Notes: generated by a model from the letters alone, not told the origin. A stretch of DNA of 64,000 nt from Chrysemys picta bellii (GCF_011386835.1 NC_088791.1:355198001-355262000), one strand, 5' to 3'; positions 22,050 through 36,090 are shown, numbered from the stretch's first letter. A program made the numbers and translations.

Positions 22050-22997
22050 ATGTCAGATTCCAACACAACCGACTTCACCAACCCCTCCACCTTCATCCTG
22101 CAGGGCATTCCTGGCCTGGAGATGGCCCATGTCTGGATCTCCATCCCCTTCTGCACCATGTACGCCATAGCTGTCTTGGGGAACTTTTCCATCCTGTTCA
22201 TTGTGAAGAGGGAGCAGAGCCTCCATGGGCCCATGTACTATTTCCTCTGCATGCTGGCCATCTCTGACTTGGTCCTGTCCACGGCCACCGTGTCCAAAAT
22301 GCTGAGCATCTTCTGGTTTAATTCCAGGGAGATCGATTTCAGTGCCTGCCTCACCCAGATGTACTTCCTTCACTGCTTCACAGGGATGGAGTCTGGGATC
22401 TTAGTGGCCTTAGCTTTGGATCGCTACGTGGCCATCTGCCATCCCCTGAGACATTCCACCATCCTGACAAATTCTGTTGTGGCCAAGATTGGCCTGGCCG
22501 TGGTGCTGCGCGGCGGCATACTTGCATTGCCCTATCCCTTCCTAGTGAGACGGTGGCCATATTGCAGAACCAACATCATCCCCCACTCTTACTGTGAGCA
22601 CATAGCTGTGGTGAAGCTGTCCTGTGCCGACACCCGCCTCAGTAGTTACTACGGCCTCTTTATTCTATCCTCTGTGACTGGTCTGGATGTCATTTTTATC
22701 ACAGTGTCATATATCCAGATCCTCAGGGCCATCTTCAGCCTCCCCACAAAGGATGCTCGGCTCAAGACTTTTGGGACCTGCGGCTCCCATCTTTGTGCCA
22801 TCTTGGTTTTTTACATCCCAGATTTCTTCTCTTCCATTACGCATCGGTTTGGCCATAATGTGCCCCTGCATTTCCTCATTCTCATGGCTAATGTGTACCT
22901 TTTGGTGCCCCCTTTGTTACACCCCATCATCTATGGTGTGAGGACCAAACAGATCCGGGACAGGCTGCTCCGGCTCTTTTCTCATAAAGGGACCTAA
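22050..22997 (+). CDS. Olfactory receptor, OR52-like (gene 3), 315 aa; near-identical to gene 2 but carries P82S
   Basis: Same motifs as gene 2; 5 aa differences from gene 2 (P>S, N>I, Q>R, A>S, K>R). Confidence 0.93.
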   Translation: MSDSNTTDFTNPSTFILQGIPGLEMAHVWISIPFCTMYAIAVLGNFSILFIVKREQSLHGPMYYFLCMLAISDLVLSTATVSKMLSIFWFNSREIDFSACLTQMYFLHCFTGMESGILVALALDRYVAICHPLRHSTILTNSVVAKIGLAVVLRGGILALPYPFLVRRWPYCRTNIIPHSYCEHIAVVKLSCADTRLSSYYGLFILSSVTGLDVIFITVSYIQILRAIFSLPTKDARLKTFGTCGSHLCAILVFYIPDFFSSITHRFGHNVPLHFLILMANVYLLVPPLLHPIIYGVRTKQIRDRLLRLFSHKGT

Positions 22998-23689
22998 AAG
23001 TTTTTCCCTGGTGATATGGCTGTCAGGCAAAGCTCCGTGTAGAGTTGGCTGGTGATATGGTGCTGGGCCCTCTTCCCTGAATCACTTTCTGGGCAGTCAG
23101 AGAGACATTAAATCCTTTCCTGACCTCATTTTGCTGTGTCAGCATGATAAACTGGGGAATCAGTCTATTTACAATTCAGTGGGTTGCCAGCTTTTTAATT
23201 TCTGGAAGCTGGACCCCCAGCACCACAACCCTTAGACTGACGCTTCTGCCAAGTCTCTGCACCTGCTGTATCTCTTCCCTGCAACCCCCCCACCTCTGTC
23301 CCTTGCTCCTCTCTTCCCCTCCCCTTATTAGTTGCTGGATCATTTTAATCTCCTTTCCCCTAAACACCAACTGCAATCGAGCCATTTCAAAGTTTGATTG
23401 GGGTGGCTACTTTAACACATGATTCCCGGGGCTACTTAGACTATTGAAAACTCTAGTTTTTTGGCATATAACCTAGCAATTATCTGACAGGAGCACTGTA
23501 TCTAATTCCTGTATATAAGAAAGAAAATTAAATATTATACCCACTCAACTCTAATGCAAACATTGATGGTCTGGGTGATGGGATGGATTGCACCCTCAGC
23601 AAGTTCATGGATGACACTAAGCTAGGGGGAGAGGTTGATATGCTCTAGGGTAGGGCAGTAGGGGAAGTCTAGGTTGGATAATAGGAGAA

Positions 23690-25655
23690 AAGGTCAAACA
23701 TTTCTTCAAAGCTTGTAACATCTTTGCCCCTTACCCACTTTCCCACCAAATCTTTCTTTTTTTTTTTAACATATTCCACCTTACTCATATCAGCACCCCT
23801 CTTAAGATACCTAAATTTCACTCCTTATGTTTCAGGGGTAATCTGAAGTTGTTCCAAAACCATTTCTTTGAATTTACAATAATCAAAAGCATTCTCAATT
23901 GGCATTTTATTGAACGTATACAGAGCTTTACCAATTAACTTTCAACTAAAGTGGGCATCTTCTGGTCATCAGGAATCACACACAGCCTCTCAAAGATAGT
24001 GAAGTATTCAGCTATATCAATGGCCCCATTGTATGCAGGACACAACTGTTCCCATTTGTGGATTTTTGGAGAGGTGGGAAATAGTGTGTGGGGGGGGGGG
24101 GAGGGTCTGGTTCTGCTTGTCCAGGAAGTCCAACTAGTGCTTCTGCTCTTCCCTCTTTCTCCTCAATTTCTTGTTATTTTAGTTCCCTAGACCTACTCTT
24201 TTGAGCCTCCTCTCCGGCAGTCTCTGTCTTCTTTAGCTTAAAAATTCACCTATGTTCGTTTTCTTTTTCTGCTGCCTGAAAACTGAATAGCTTGAATTTT
24301 GAAATTGTTTGCTGTTTTCTCTCATCTTGTTGCTTTTCTGTCCCTACTTCCCTTTCTGAAATAAGGAAACATAAAATAAAAAAAGTATGGTGACCTATTT
24401 GATCTCCAGCCACCACACTTAAAATCTCTGCACAAGTGGATGAAGTTCAAATTTCACTCAGAACAACAAGGTGTGCATTTTGCACTGCTTGTAATGCCAC
24501 TGTGATGGACTATGTCAGGATATAATCTGGAACTGGGGCACTGCTGATCCCTATAACATATCAATCTGGGCCCCCTCTCCTCTCAGGCTGTGAGAAGCTT
24601 TAGATGCCTACAGGACCCGCACTTAGGCAAACATTCACAGGCAGGGATACACCCAATTGAGTTACATGAATGCTTTCGCCAGCCATCCATGAACCCCCCG
24701 TAGCAAGGATCTAGCCAGCTACCCCCAGTTCACCAGCCTGGGACACAGAGCTGACCAGCTTGTCCTGTTTATAAGCCTGACTGGTAAGTTTATTACTCAT
24801 CTGCCCCTCCCTCAATGTGGAGAGGACAATGCACCAGCCCCTGATCCTGAGCAGATTTCCCTTTACACTTCAAACAGCACACGGTTTTAGGTTAAAAAAA
24901 CAGAACAGATTTATTAACGACAAGTAATAAGTGTACAGCTCAAAGAAGATTACCTTAAGAAATAAAGCAAAATTGCAAACTCAGTTCTATAAATTAGACA
25001 GGATTTGAATCAAGCAGTGTCTCACCCTGATGGGACAAACAGTTACCCAATCCATACATGGGCCAGGATTCCTTCTTCCCAGCCTGGGACCACCTTTTTC
25101 CTCTAGAAGTGCTTTCAGGTGTTCAGTTGTGGGTGTCGGGGACTGAGACCAAGTGGTGATGTCACTTCCCCCTGTTAATAGCTTCTGCCATGTGGAGGAA
25201 ACTTCATTTTTCAAAATAAAGCCCACAGCAGTTAGAGGAACAGTATGGGCACACGATTGATTCTAGAATCATATGAGTTGGTCACATGCCCTGGCATGTT
25301 TCAGTGAGTGATAGCAGGGGTTATTATCCATATTCTGGTCCATGGCCCATTGTGCTCATTGATGGGGCATGCATTTGAATAGTCCATTCACAATATGCTG
25401 GCTAGACTGACTGCAAACTACATTTTGGGAATTACCACAGGAACAAACACATTTAAAATGTAGGTATATAATCAGTATTGATCATTTCAAATCCAAAAAT
25501 GATACATGCATAAAAATATGATGGTCATAGTCAGCAAATGATAACTTTTCCATTGACACCTCATATGACATATTTTGTACAAGATTTGTTGCCATTACAT
25601 AGCAGTGGTTAATATGGGGATGCCAGTGTGTTGTTTTGGGGTACAGAGTGTCACA
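23690..25655 (-). mobile_element. Truncated Gypsy (gag remnant + LTR 24501-25655), duplicated copy
   Basis: Copy of 10615-12575. Confidence 0.8.
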
Positions 25656-25709
25656 GCAATATATCTATCAAATGATATCATCTTGTCCAACCAGTGCTCA
25701 AAGCTGGGC

Positions 25710-26328
25710 TGTGATGGGGCAGCCCCGCCCCGCACTAGCCCTGGCAACGCCACACCAGTAGCTCTGTCGGCGGAAGTCCCGCCTCGCTCGTACTGGGCAT
25801 GCTCCAAATGCTCAGGGAATATAAAAAGAGGGAACTCGGCTTAGTCTGGGCTGATGACCGCAGGAGAAGCACCTATAGGGAGAGCTCTGGCAGAGGACCA
25901 GCCCGCACTTCTGAAGCTACCGGGAACTGAGGCCGCTCCAGGCGGGTGCGAAGCCCCACTGCGGGAGGAACCAGAGGAGGCAACAGACCCCAAGATGCAT
26001 GGAGAACCAGGGGACCCGTGGGAGACCCCAATGGCTGATCTGGTAGGAAGCGACCAGGAGGGAGTGAAGGACTGGTATCTTGGCCCCTGTAAGCCTCAGT
26101 GTGTTTCGGTAGGACCCCCCCCCCCCGCTCACTCAGTAGCAAGGTCATGCTGCCCGTGACGAGGGCTAACTCCGTGGACTCTGGCCACTAGGCCGTGCTG
26201 CCCTGTGACGAGGGCTAACTCCGTGTGGACTCTGGCCACTAGGCCATGCTGCCTGTGTTGAGGGCTAACTCCGTGGACTCTGGCCACTAGGCCATGCTGC
26301 CCTGTGACACGGACGTTAAACCGTCACA
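25710..26328 (+). mobile_element. Solo LTR copy with 3 internal repeats
   Basis: Copy of 12630-13194. Confidence 0.8.
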
Positions 26329-29300
26329 AGGGCTAATTCTACCTAAATCATCCCAGCTAGGGCTTTGTCGAGCCAGGCCTTAACAACCTCTAACAATGAA
26401 GATTCCACCATATCCCTAGGTAACCCATTCCAGTGTTTCACCACCCTCCTAGTGAAAAAGTTTTTTTTTCCTAATATCCAACCTAGACCTCCCCCACTGC
26501 AACTTGAGATCAATGCTTCTTATTCTGTCATCTGCCATCATTGAGAACAGCCTAGCTCTAACCTTTTTGGAAACCCCCTTCAGGTAGTTGAAGGCTGCAA
26601 TGAAATCCCCCTCACTCTTCTCCAGACCAAATAAGCCCAGTTCCCTCAGCCTCTCCTCATAAGTCATGTACCCCAGCCCCGTAACCATTTTTATTGTCCT
26701 CCACTGGACTCTCTCCAATTTGTCCACATCCTTCCTGTAGTGGGGGGCCACCAAACTGGACATAATACTCCAGATGTGGCCTCACCAGTTCCAAATAGAG
26801 GGGGATAATCATTTCCCTCGATCTGTTGACAATACTCCTACTAATGCAGCTCAATATGCCGTTAGCCTTCTTGGCAACGAGGGCACACTCTTGACTTATG
26901 TGCAGCTTCTCATCCACTGTAATCCCTGGGTTGTTTTCTGCAGAACTGCCAGTTATCCAGTTGGTCTGCAGACTGTAGCAATGCATGCAGGACTCTGCAT
27001 TGTCCTTGTTGAACATCATCAGATTTCTCTTGTCCAATTTGCCTAGGTCATTCTGGACCCTATCCCTACCCCCAAGGGTATCTACCTCTCCTCCCAGATT
27101 AGTGTCATCCACTACGTTCTGAGGGTGAAATCCATCCTATCATCCAGATCATTAATGAAGATGTTGAACAAAACAAACCCCAGCACTGAACCCAGGGCAC
27201 TCCACTTGATATAATCATCATCATACTTGACTTTTCTATCTTGGTGGATACCAAAGGCTGGTTTGCTGTAAGTGAACTGCACACTATGTCCTACCTCAGT
27301 GACCATAAGAACGATCATACTGGGTCAGACCAAAGATCTGTCTAGCCCAGTATTCTGTCTTCTGACAGTGGCCAATTCCAGGTGACACAGAGGGACTGAA
27401 CAGAACAGGTAATGATCAAGTGATCCATCCACCAGAACCCATTCCCAGCTTCTAGCAAACAGAGGCTAGGGACAACACCTATTCACATCCTGGCTACTAT
27501 CCATTAATGGACCAATTCTCCATGAATATGTCTAGTTCATTTTGGAACCCCGTTATAGTCTTGGCCTTCACAACATCCTGTGGCAAAGCGTTCCAGAGAC
27601 TGACTGTGAGTTGTGTGAAAAAAAATACATCCTTTCATATGTTTTAAACCTGCTACCTATTAATTTCATTGGGTGACACCTAGTTCTTGTGTTATGAGGA
27701 GTAAATAACATTTCCTTATTCTTTTTTTACACCTTTCATGATTTTATAGAACTCTCTCATACTCTCCCCCCCTTAGTCATCTCTTTGCCAAGCAGACAAC
27801 TCCCCGTCTTTTTCATCTCAACCCATAAAGAAATTGTTTGATGCCCCTAATCATTTCTCTGTACCTTTTCCAATTCCGGTATATCTTTTTTGAAATGGGG
27901 CAATCAGAGCCGCATGCAGTATTCAATATACACGCATACTATAGGTATAGATAGAGGCAATATATTATCCCTCTTATTACCTCTTCCTTTCCCAGTGATT
28001 CCCAATATTCTGTTAACTTTTTTGACTGCCACTGCAGATTGTGTGGATGTTTTTGGAGAACTAATCCAATATATATTCAATAGAGGTCCTTATTTGTATT
28101 TCCTCCCCTTAAGGTGTCCGTTTTCTATAGGTTAGTATATGTATGGTGTTACCCTATTAGCATACACGTCAATTTGCTGTCATGGTACCTTTGCGGTCGG
28201 ACGTTCTGTCCGGAACCTTCTGGATGCTGGTGTCAGCTCTGTTCTGTGCTAGTGTCAGCTCTGTTCTGTGGGTGGCTAATGTCAGTATTCTGGACAAAAT
28301 GCTCCCTCTGGCATACCACTTTCTGTTCCCTATAACTTATGAGTTACTTAAGTCTATCTATGCCAAAGGTTATAGGCCTCAAGCCTCACACTATCTACTA
28401 AAGCCAAATCTTACAGGCTAAAAGCCTGAAGGTTCTTTGCATTACTGCTAAATATAACAAATCAAAATAACAAAGCAGTGACTATAATACAGGTAAGCTG
28501 GCCGACTGGGCTACACCCAGGAGTGATAGTCCTCCAGGGCCCGGAGCTCCTCTCTCTTCTCCCAGCATGCTCTGCAGAGGGATGGATCCCCAGGCCTGGA
28601 GGCCAGATGCCTCTCCACTTCAAAGACCACCTGCTCCAACAGCCCAACAGTCTGCTGGCTGCTGCCCTGGGTGTAGTCACGGCAGAATAGCCAGATGTGC
28701 AGCTTCCCGACAACCTACCAATGCTATGCCATAGGAAAGGCATGCTGCTTCCTCTGTCAGGCCTTCCAGAACCCCCGGAAGAATGCCACGAAGCCCACAT
28801 TCTCCAGCAGCCTATTCTCGAAATTCCAGTAGTTCAGCCTGGATCTCTGAGAAGAGAGAAACTGTCACAGACACCAAATGGTGGTCCTAGAACAGAGCCA
28901 GACAAATCAGGGGATTTGATAGCAGCCTTCAACGACCTGAAGGGGGTTCCAAAGAGGATGGAGCTCGGCTATTCTCAGTGGTAGCAGATGACAGAACAAG
29001 GAGCAATGGTCTCAAGTTGCAGTGGGGGAGGTCCAGGTTGGATATTAGGAAACACTATTTCACTAGTAGGATGGCAAATCACTGGACTGGATACCAAGGG
29101 AGGTGATGGAATCTCCATCCTTAGAGGTTTTTAAGGCCCAGCTTGTCAAAGCCCTCTCTGGGATGATTTATTTGGGGTTGATCCTGCTTTGAGCAGGGGG
29201 TTGGAGTAGATGATCTCCTGAGGTCTCTTCCAACCCTAATCTTAAGAACATAAGAACGGCCATAGTGGGTCAGACCAAAGGTCCGTCTAGCCCAGTATCC

Positions 29301-32300
29301 TGACTTCTGACAGTGGTCAGTGCCAGGTGCCCCAGAGGGAATGAACAGAAGAGGGAATCATCCCCCGTCGCTCATTCCCAGCTTCTGGCAAACAAAGGCT
29401 AGGGACACCATCCCTGCCAATCTTCTATGATTCTATGATTGATTCTATGAATGCTGCAGGAGTGGGCCTGTGCAAGATGGAAGTGTGATAGTCAGAGTAC
29501 AGGAATGTCCCCTCATTGGTCACGTGGTGGGAGGATGCCCAGGACAGAATGGCTGATTAAGCATCTGTGCCCCAAGGCACCCTTCCTGTGGCTCAGGCTG
29601 TGAGATGGAACTGTGTAACTGACCTCCCGGAGAGAAACAGTCATGCAACTGACCTCTTGGGGATAGAGAGAGGGGTGACGGAGTGTAACCCTATCCAGGT
29701 CCCGATTTTTCAGGACTTTGTCCATCACGTGCTTGTGAAAACTAACTCTGTCTCTTTAAGACAGGATGTGAATCAGATCACAACTCTCTAGGTTGCAGTG
29801 CTGGGAGTGGAGATCACAAGGAAAGCATGAGATGGGGGCGGGTTTATTTTTTCCATGGGCATAACCCTGGGGCTGGGAAGCTACTCCACAGGGGGCTAGC
29901 CAACACGCAAAGTCCCCTTACATCCTTACCTCACCAGACACTGGAATACCAAGACAGCAAACATGACCTTAGGCTGACTGAAGGGAACACTGAGGGAAAA
30001 GGAAAATCAGTAATTAAACATGTTAATGTTCAGGGAGGATTGAATGACACAAAGGGTTTTGAACAAAGGAAACTGTCCAAGCAAAAAGTGTGGAATAATA
30101 AGAATACTTGGAAATGCCTACCTGTGATAAAAGATTTGGTGTTATTGTTAAATCTCATGATGCAAAATTTGTTGCTAATGCTAAACATTATAACAGAAAA
30201 TTTGGTACCTATCGTAAATCCTACGAAAAGGTGTAACATGCATGATATTTGGGGAAAGGTCTTGGACGTGCTTGGAGTAGTAAACAAGAAGCCCTATAGG
30301 GAGACCAGGGTTACAGCAGGGAAGTCAGAAGTGATGGATTCTGTCTGTCATTTTCTGTGTGACTTTGGCTAAATCACATCTCCCCGTGCCTCAGTTTATC
30401 TATCTGTATAATGGGGTTATGTTCATAGTGACTTCCCTTTGCTTGGTGCTTTGAAGAGCCTTCAAAGAAAGGTACTACACAGTATGATCATAGTTACTGG
30501 TGAGAATTACTGATCTCTGATCCCTTAACAACAGCCCAGTGTGCCTCCAGAAGTGTTCATGTTTCCGCTCAGTTGTCTCCTCCAGATCTGTCTCTCTACT
30601 ATCTACCCAGTTATCCTGGGCATTTACAGGGTGTTAGACCCAATGGAGATCTAGGCATTATCCCTAGTTTTCTTGCTAATCAAGTATAATTTTTAAATAT
30701 ACACAAATACACAAAACAGCCAATTCCCCTCTGACTCAGCACAGAGCCCCAGAGTTCTCATCTCCCTTTGGGAAGGTATCTTAGTTACTGTTTATCCTAA
30801 AGCTGGATAATTAGCTCAGAAGCCCAGACAGGCTTATCTCAAGCCTCTTTACATTCAAATGCTGCTTCTCCCCTAGAGGCCGAGCAAACCCCACTGGGAC
30901 TTCACAGAGCTATATTATAAATGGTGAATATCCCCGTGTTGGCTCTTGGCATTGGATGTTGCTATAGATGCTGGGGTGAGAGAGGCGAGGGACACGACTA
31001 CCTGAGGGGGATTCCCAGGGAGGACACTTCCCTTTCAGAATTCACAGGTACTCATCTCTTGCCGAGAAGCTCACCTGCTCAACAAACCCAGGGCAATATG
31101 GGAATGATGGGCTAGAGAGCAAGTCTGTGATCCTTTCACAGTATCACTGGCCAAAATGTCACTGTTTTCTGTGCACCCCTGCCCGACCCAGCTGATGGCC
31201 TCCAGCACCAAAGTGGCTGCATTTCATTGGCACAGTGGATCCTTCAGGGTGAAACGTTTTAAGAGATGTACATTACAAGGCCAAATTCTGAGGCTGGGAC
31301 ACGTACTTTGCTCAGACCTCACTGAGGCAAAACACCCCTTGGAATAAGAACTCAGTAAAGACTTCAGGAACCAGCTGTGTGTTAATGCACTGCCACTGTC
31401 ACTTCCTCTTCCACTTAAAGATCTGGCTGTTAATTGGGGGCTGTTACCTGCTTTTTTATCTTCTGGACAGCATGGAGCTGCTAGGACTCCTCACTGAACA
31501 ATTATAAGAATTTTTCAACATGGGTAAGACATATTTTCTCCAAGCTTCATTTGAGAAATTGGCTGAACTGTTATGCCATAAAATTTCAAAAGACAATTCA
31601 GCCAGAAGCAGACACCCGGCCTGGGAAATTTCAGTCCAAACACCTAAAATTTGACACACTTCCAAGCAACTGAAAATGACGTCTTCTTACTGAGGTGTGT
31701 CTTAATCATTGAAGACTAAGGGCTATCCACAGTTCCACTGTCCTCCTCTTCTTACAGTTAGGAAGTTTTTCCTGAAATTTAATTTAAATCTGGTATGGTG
31801 GAAGTTTGAAATAATTGCCTCTTGTCCTGTCCTCTGTGGTAAGACAAAACAGCTTTCCTCCACCTCTTTATGGCAGCCTTTCAAGTATTTGAAGAAGGCT
31901 ATCACGTCCCACTTAATCTCCTCTTTTCCACACTAAACATAACAAGTTCCTTCCACCTTTGGTCTTATGGCTTGTATTCCATCCCTTTAGTCATCTTTGC
32001 CACTCACCTCTGGATCCTTTCCAGTTTCTATACATCCTTCCCATACATTGGTGACCTTAATTATACACAGTACTCCAGCTGAGGCCAAAGCAGTGCTTCG
32101 TAGAGGAATACTATCACATACTGTGACTTGAATGCTATGTCTCTGCTAATACAACCTAATGTTGCATTTGCCTATTTTGAAACAGCAAAAAAATCCAAAC
32201 ATCAATCTAACTCTGGTGTAGACATGAAGACGTAAACTTAAGATTTCTTCCATCCACCTAGCTACCACTTCTCGGGGAGGTGGATTACCTCTGCTGATGG

Positions 32301-33342
32301 AAGGAGCCCTGTCTTTGGTGTAAGTAGTGTCTACAGAGAAGCACTAAGGCAGCGCTGCTATAACATTTTAATTGAAGACAAGCCTTCAGGCAGATTTTGC
32401 AATAAAGCATTTGGTCTGGATCTGCCGACATGGAGAATTGGAGACTCCAGCACTTCCCTTGTCAGTTTGTTCCAACGGTTAAGCACCCTCCGTGCTGAAC
32501 ATTTGGACATTAATTCCAGCTGGAATTTGTCTGTGTTCAGCTTCCACCCACTGGGCCCTGCTTTGCCTTTCTCCTCTAGATTACAGAGCCCGTTGCTACC
32601 CACGGTTATCTCCCCATGAAAGTGTCTGCTTGATCAGTCTTTTTGATAAATTAAATAGATGAAACCCTTCAAGTCTCTCACGGTCCGGCTTTTTCTCCAG
32701 CCTCCAATCATCTTTTCGGCACCTTCTCCAATTTTTCTCATCCTTTTAAAGTGTGGACCCCAGAAATGGATGCAATCGGTTTCACCAATGCCATGTGCAG
32801 AGGTAAAATCCTTCCCCTGCTCCAATTCACCACTCCCCTGTTTCTACATCCATGGATCATATCAGCCCTTTTGGCCACAGCATGGCACTGGGAGCTCACA
32901 ATGAGTTGGTTTTACACAATGACTTCTAAATCCTGTTCAGCTTCCTTGCATTGTATAATATAGTGTCCAAGACTGTGGGTCAGGCTTGCATTTCCTGTCA
33001 CGAGAGGATAAGTTTGCATTTGACTGCATTAAAACATTTTTTTTTGCATGGGACACACTTACCAATGCTCCGGATCAATCGGTATGCCTTCCCGGTCCTC
33101 CTCATTGTCACCACTCTGCCAATCTTTGGGTCATCTGAAAATTTTTCTCTGCAGTGATTTTCTATGTCCTCTCAGATCATTGATGAAAATATTGAATAGC
33201 ATTGGTCCTAGAACGGATCCCTGCAAAACCCCACTACAAACAGCCCCATTCACTGAGAATGACCTATTAGCAATTGGTTTTTGCAATCTGTCAGTTCTCC
33301 AGTTTTAGTGTATTTTATGTGTGCACTACTGATATTGTAGAG

Positions 33343-33530
33343 GGGGGGGGGATAGCTCAGTGGTTTGAGCATTGGCCTCCTATGAGTTCAATCCTTGAAG
33401 GGGCCACTTAGGGATCTGGGGCAAAAATCAGTACTTGGTCCTGCTAGTGAAGGCAGGGGGCTGGGCTCAATGACCTTTCAAGGTTCCTTCCAGTTCTAGG
33501 AGATAGGGTATCTCCATATATTTATTTATT
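33343..33530 (+). mobile_element. tRNA-derived turtle SINE (copy with a short deletion in the tRNA-like head)
   Basis: As 7160 but lacking AACCCAGGGTTG; TSD TAGAG. Confidence 0.9.
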
Positions 33531-35142
33531 TAGAGTGTTAATTATTTTATCTCAATGTTTCCCCCAAACAAATCAAATGCCTTAGAAAAATCAAAGCTTA
33601 TTGCATCTGCATGGTTCCCTTGATCAGCAAAATGTGTACTCTGTTAAAGGGATGAAATCAGGTTTACTTGACAAGACCAGGTTTGCCTAAACCCTGTAGT
33701 GAATGGCATTACTTATATTATAGAATGTTTTTCTTGAACTAATTCCATACCAGCTTTTCCATATTTCCTAACCTTCTCAAAGCTTTTTTTTTAAGCAGTA
33801 TCTTAATTTTTTTAATGCTTATCAATGTAAAAAGGAATTTCCCTAAATCTTTTCTAGGATTCCTTTTGTTCTTAACATACTTAATAACCTCCTTTTTGTA
33901 ATCCTCAACCCTGCCAGCTACAGATTTTCCCCTGATTTCTTCAACGTCCCTTATCAGTTTTCATAACTTCCGATATTTGTTGCTGGCTATTTTCCCTTTT
34001 GCACATTGGTATACATGTATCTTCCCCACTCTAATTCCTGCCTTTACTTTGCAACTGCACCGGCTTTTTAGCCAAAGGTTTTCACCTTCTTGACTGAGGA
34101 AACATGACTTTTTTCGCTATCTAATGATCTCTGTTAAAAAACGCTCTCAATTTTCATTCCCATATTTTGTCTAATTATTTCCTTCCAATCAGTTTTGATG
34201 ATAGTTTCCCTCAGCTTTGGGGAATTAGAACTTTAGCAGCACTGTGTGTCTATAGAAACTATAGGTTTGGTGTTCTCTGTTTGTCCATATGAATATAATC
34301 AGATCCGTTCCTTATTTTGCTATCTTCTACCATATGCCCCCTTGTTTGTCTCTTCTCTAAACAGCCTCTGACTTTTCAGTCTGTCCACATACGGCAGCCT
34401 CCCCATTCTCATCGCCTGTCTTGGAAATCCCCTTTTTATTTGCTATTTCCTTTATAGAGACTGGGTGACCAAAACTGAGCATGTGTCCAGAGCAGGTTTT
34501 TCTCCATTCCATTCCTAAGGCATCCAAATATTGTTTTGGTTTTGGCCACTGCTGTGAATGAGAAGGTGTTTCTCTGGAGCTGCTGTCAATGATGCTGAGG
34601 TCTTTTCTCGGAGTTGTTTTCTAGTTGGGATGTTTCCCCAGCACATGTCTTTGCAAAGGTTTGGGTTTTTTACTACTCTCATATTTTAAGCAAACAGATG
34701 AAAGGGGAACTCCCTACAGCATGGATTCTCTAGCCTAGCTTTCATTGAATTAGGGAACAATGATTGATAGCCAATATCCACACTCATGTTTCCTGTTGGT
34801 GACTCTTAAGGTTTCCCCCACTATGACATGCAAGAATTATTGATGCATGGAGCATCATAATATATTGATTTAGCATAGCAATGTTCAGTTGTTCATAATT
34901 CATTTATTTAAATAATGAGAATGTCATTTCTCAGTGTATAAAGAGCAACCAATCTACTTCACCCACAAGAACAGCCTCCAGTAGTGCATATAGTGTCTCA
35001 TATTAACATTGTCTCTCCATCCAGGCATTTGTACTTCAGCCATCATCCTGGACCCTGGGCACATACAGGAAGTTAGGGGAACCTACGGTACATGCAGGAG
35101 ACACCGTTCTGCCTCAGCGTTGGACACCTTCTCCCCTACTCC

Positions 35143-36090
35143 ATGTCAGATTCCAACACAACCGACTTCACCAACCCCTCCACCTTCATCCTGGTGGGCA
35201 TTCCTGGCCTGGAGATGGCCCATGTCTGGATCTCCATCCCCTTCTGCACTATGTATGCCATAGCCATCTTGGGGAACTTTTCCATCCTGTTCATTGTGAA
35301 GAGGGAGCAGAGCCTCCATGGGCCCATGTACTATTTCCTCTGCATGCTGGCCATCACTGACTTGGTCCTGTCCACAGCCACCGTGCCCAAAATGTTGAAT
35401 ATCTTCTGGTTTAATTCCACTGAGATCGATTTCAGTGCCTGCCTCGCCCAGATGTACTTCCTTCACTGCTTCTCAGCGATGGAGTCTGGGATCTTAGTGG
35501 CCCTAGCTTTTGATCGCTACGTGGCCATCTGCCATCCCCTGAGACATTCCACCATCCTGACAAATTCTGTTGTGGCCAAGATCGGCCTGGCCGTGGTGCT
35601 GCGCAGCGGCATACTTGCATTGCCCTATCCCTTCCTAGTGAGACGGTGGCCATATTGCAGAACCAACATCATCCCCCACTCTTACTGTGAGCACATAGCT
35701 GTGGTGAAGCTGTCCTGTGCCGACACCCGCCTCAGTAGTTACTACGGCCTCTTTATTCTATTCTCTGTGATTGGTCTGGATGTCATTTTTATCACTGTGT
35801 CATATATCGAGATCCTCAAGGCCATCTTCAGCCTCCCCACAAAGGATGCTCGGCTCAAGACTTTTGGGACCTGCGGCTCCCATCTTTGTGCCATCTTGGT
35901 TTTTTACATCCCAGATTTCTTCTCTTCCATTACGCATCGGTTTGGCCATAATGTGCCCCTGCATTTCCTCATTCTCATGGCTAATGTGTACCTTTTGGTG
36001 CCCCCCTTGTTACACCCCATCATCTATGGTGTGAGGACCAAACAGATCCGGGACAGGCTGCTCCGGCTCTTTTCTCATAAAGGGACCTAA
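35143..36090 (+). CDS. Olfactory receptor, OR52-like (gene 4), 315 aa
   Basis: Same motifs (AFDRYVAICHPLRH); 16 aa differences from gene 2, all in the first ~230 codons. Confidence 0.95.
   Translation: MSDSNTTDFTNPSTFILVGIPGLEMAHVWISIPFCTMYAIAILGNFSILFIVKREQSLHGPMYYFLCMLAITDLVLSTATVPKMLNIFWFNSTEIDFSACLAQMYFLHCFSAMESGILVALAFDRYVAICHPLRHSTILTNSVVAKIGLAVVLRSGILALPYPFLVRRWPYCRTNIIPHSYCEHIAVVKLSCADTRLSSYYGLFILFSVIGLDVIFITVSYIEILKAIFSLPTKDARLKTFGTCGSHLCAILVFYIPDFFSSITHRFGHNVPLHFLILMANVYLLVPPLLHPIIYGVRTKQIRDRLLRLFSHKGT

Larger units (their letters stand above)
14930..28063 (+). repeat. Tandem segmental duplication, full unit (13,134 bp, contains gene 3)
   Basis: Same junction GGAGAACTA|ATCCAATATAT at 14929 and 28063; ORF track repeats with ~13.1-kb period. 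Confidence 0.95.

Noticed and set aside
35143-36090. Positive selection on gene 4 inferred from 16 amino-acid-changing versus 9 synonymous codon differences
   Set aside because: The ratio is not above neutral expectation for site numbers, counts are small, and conversion confounds it; codeml with recombination control would be needed.
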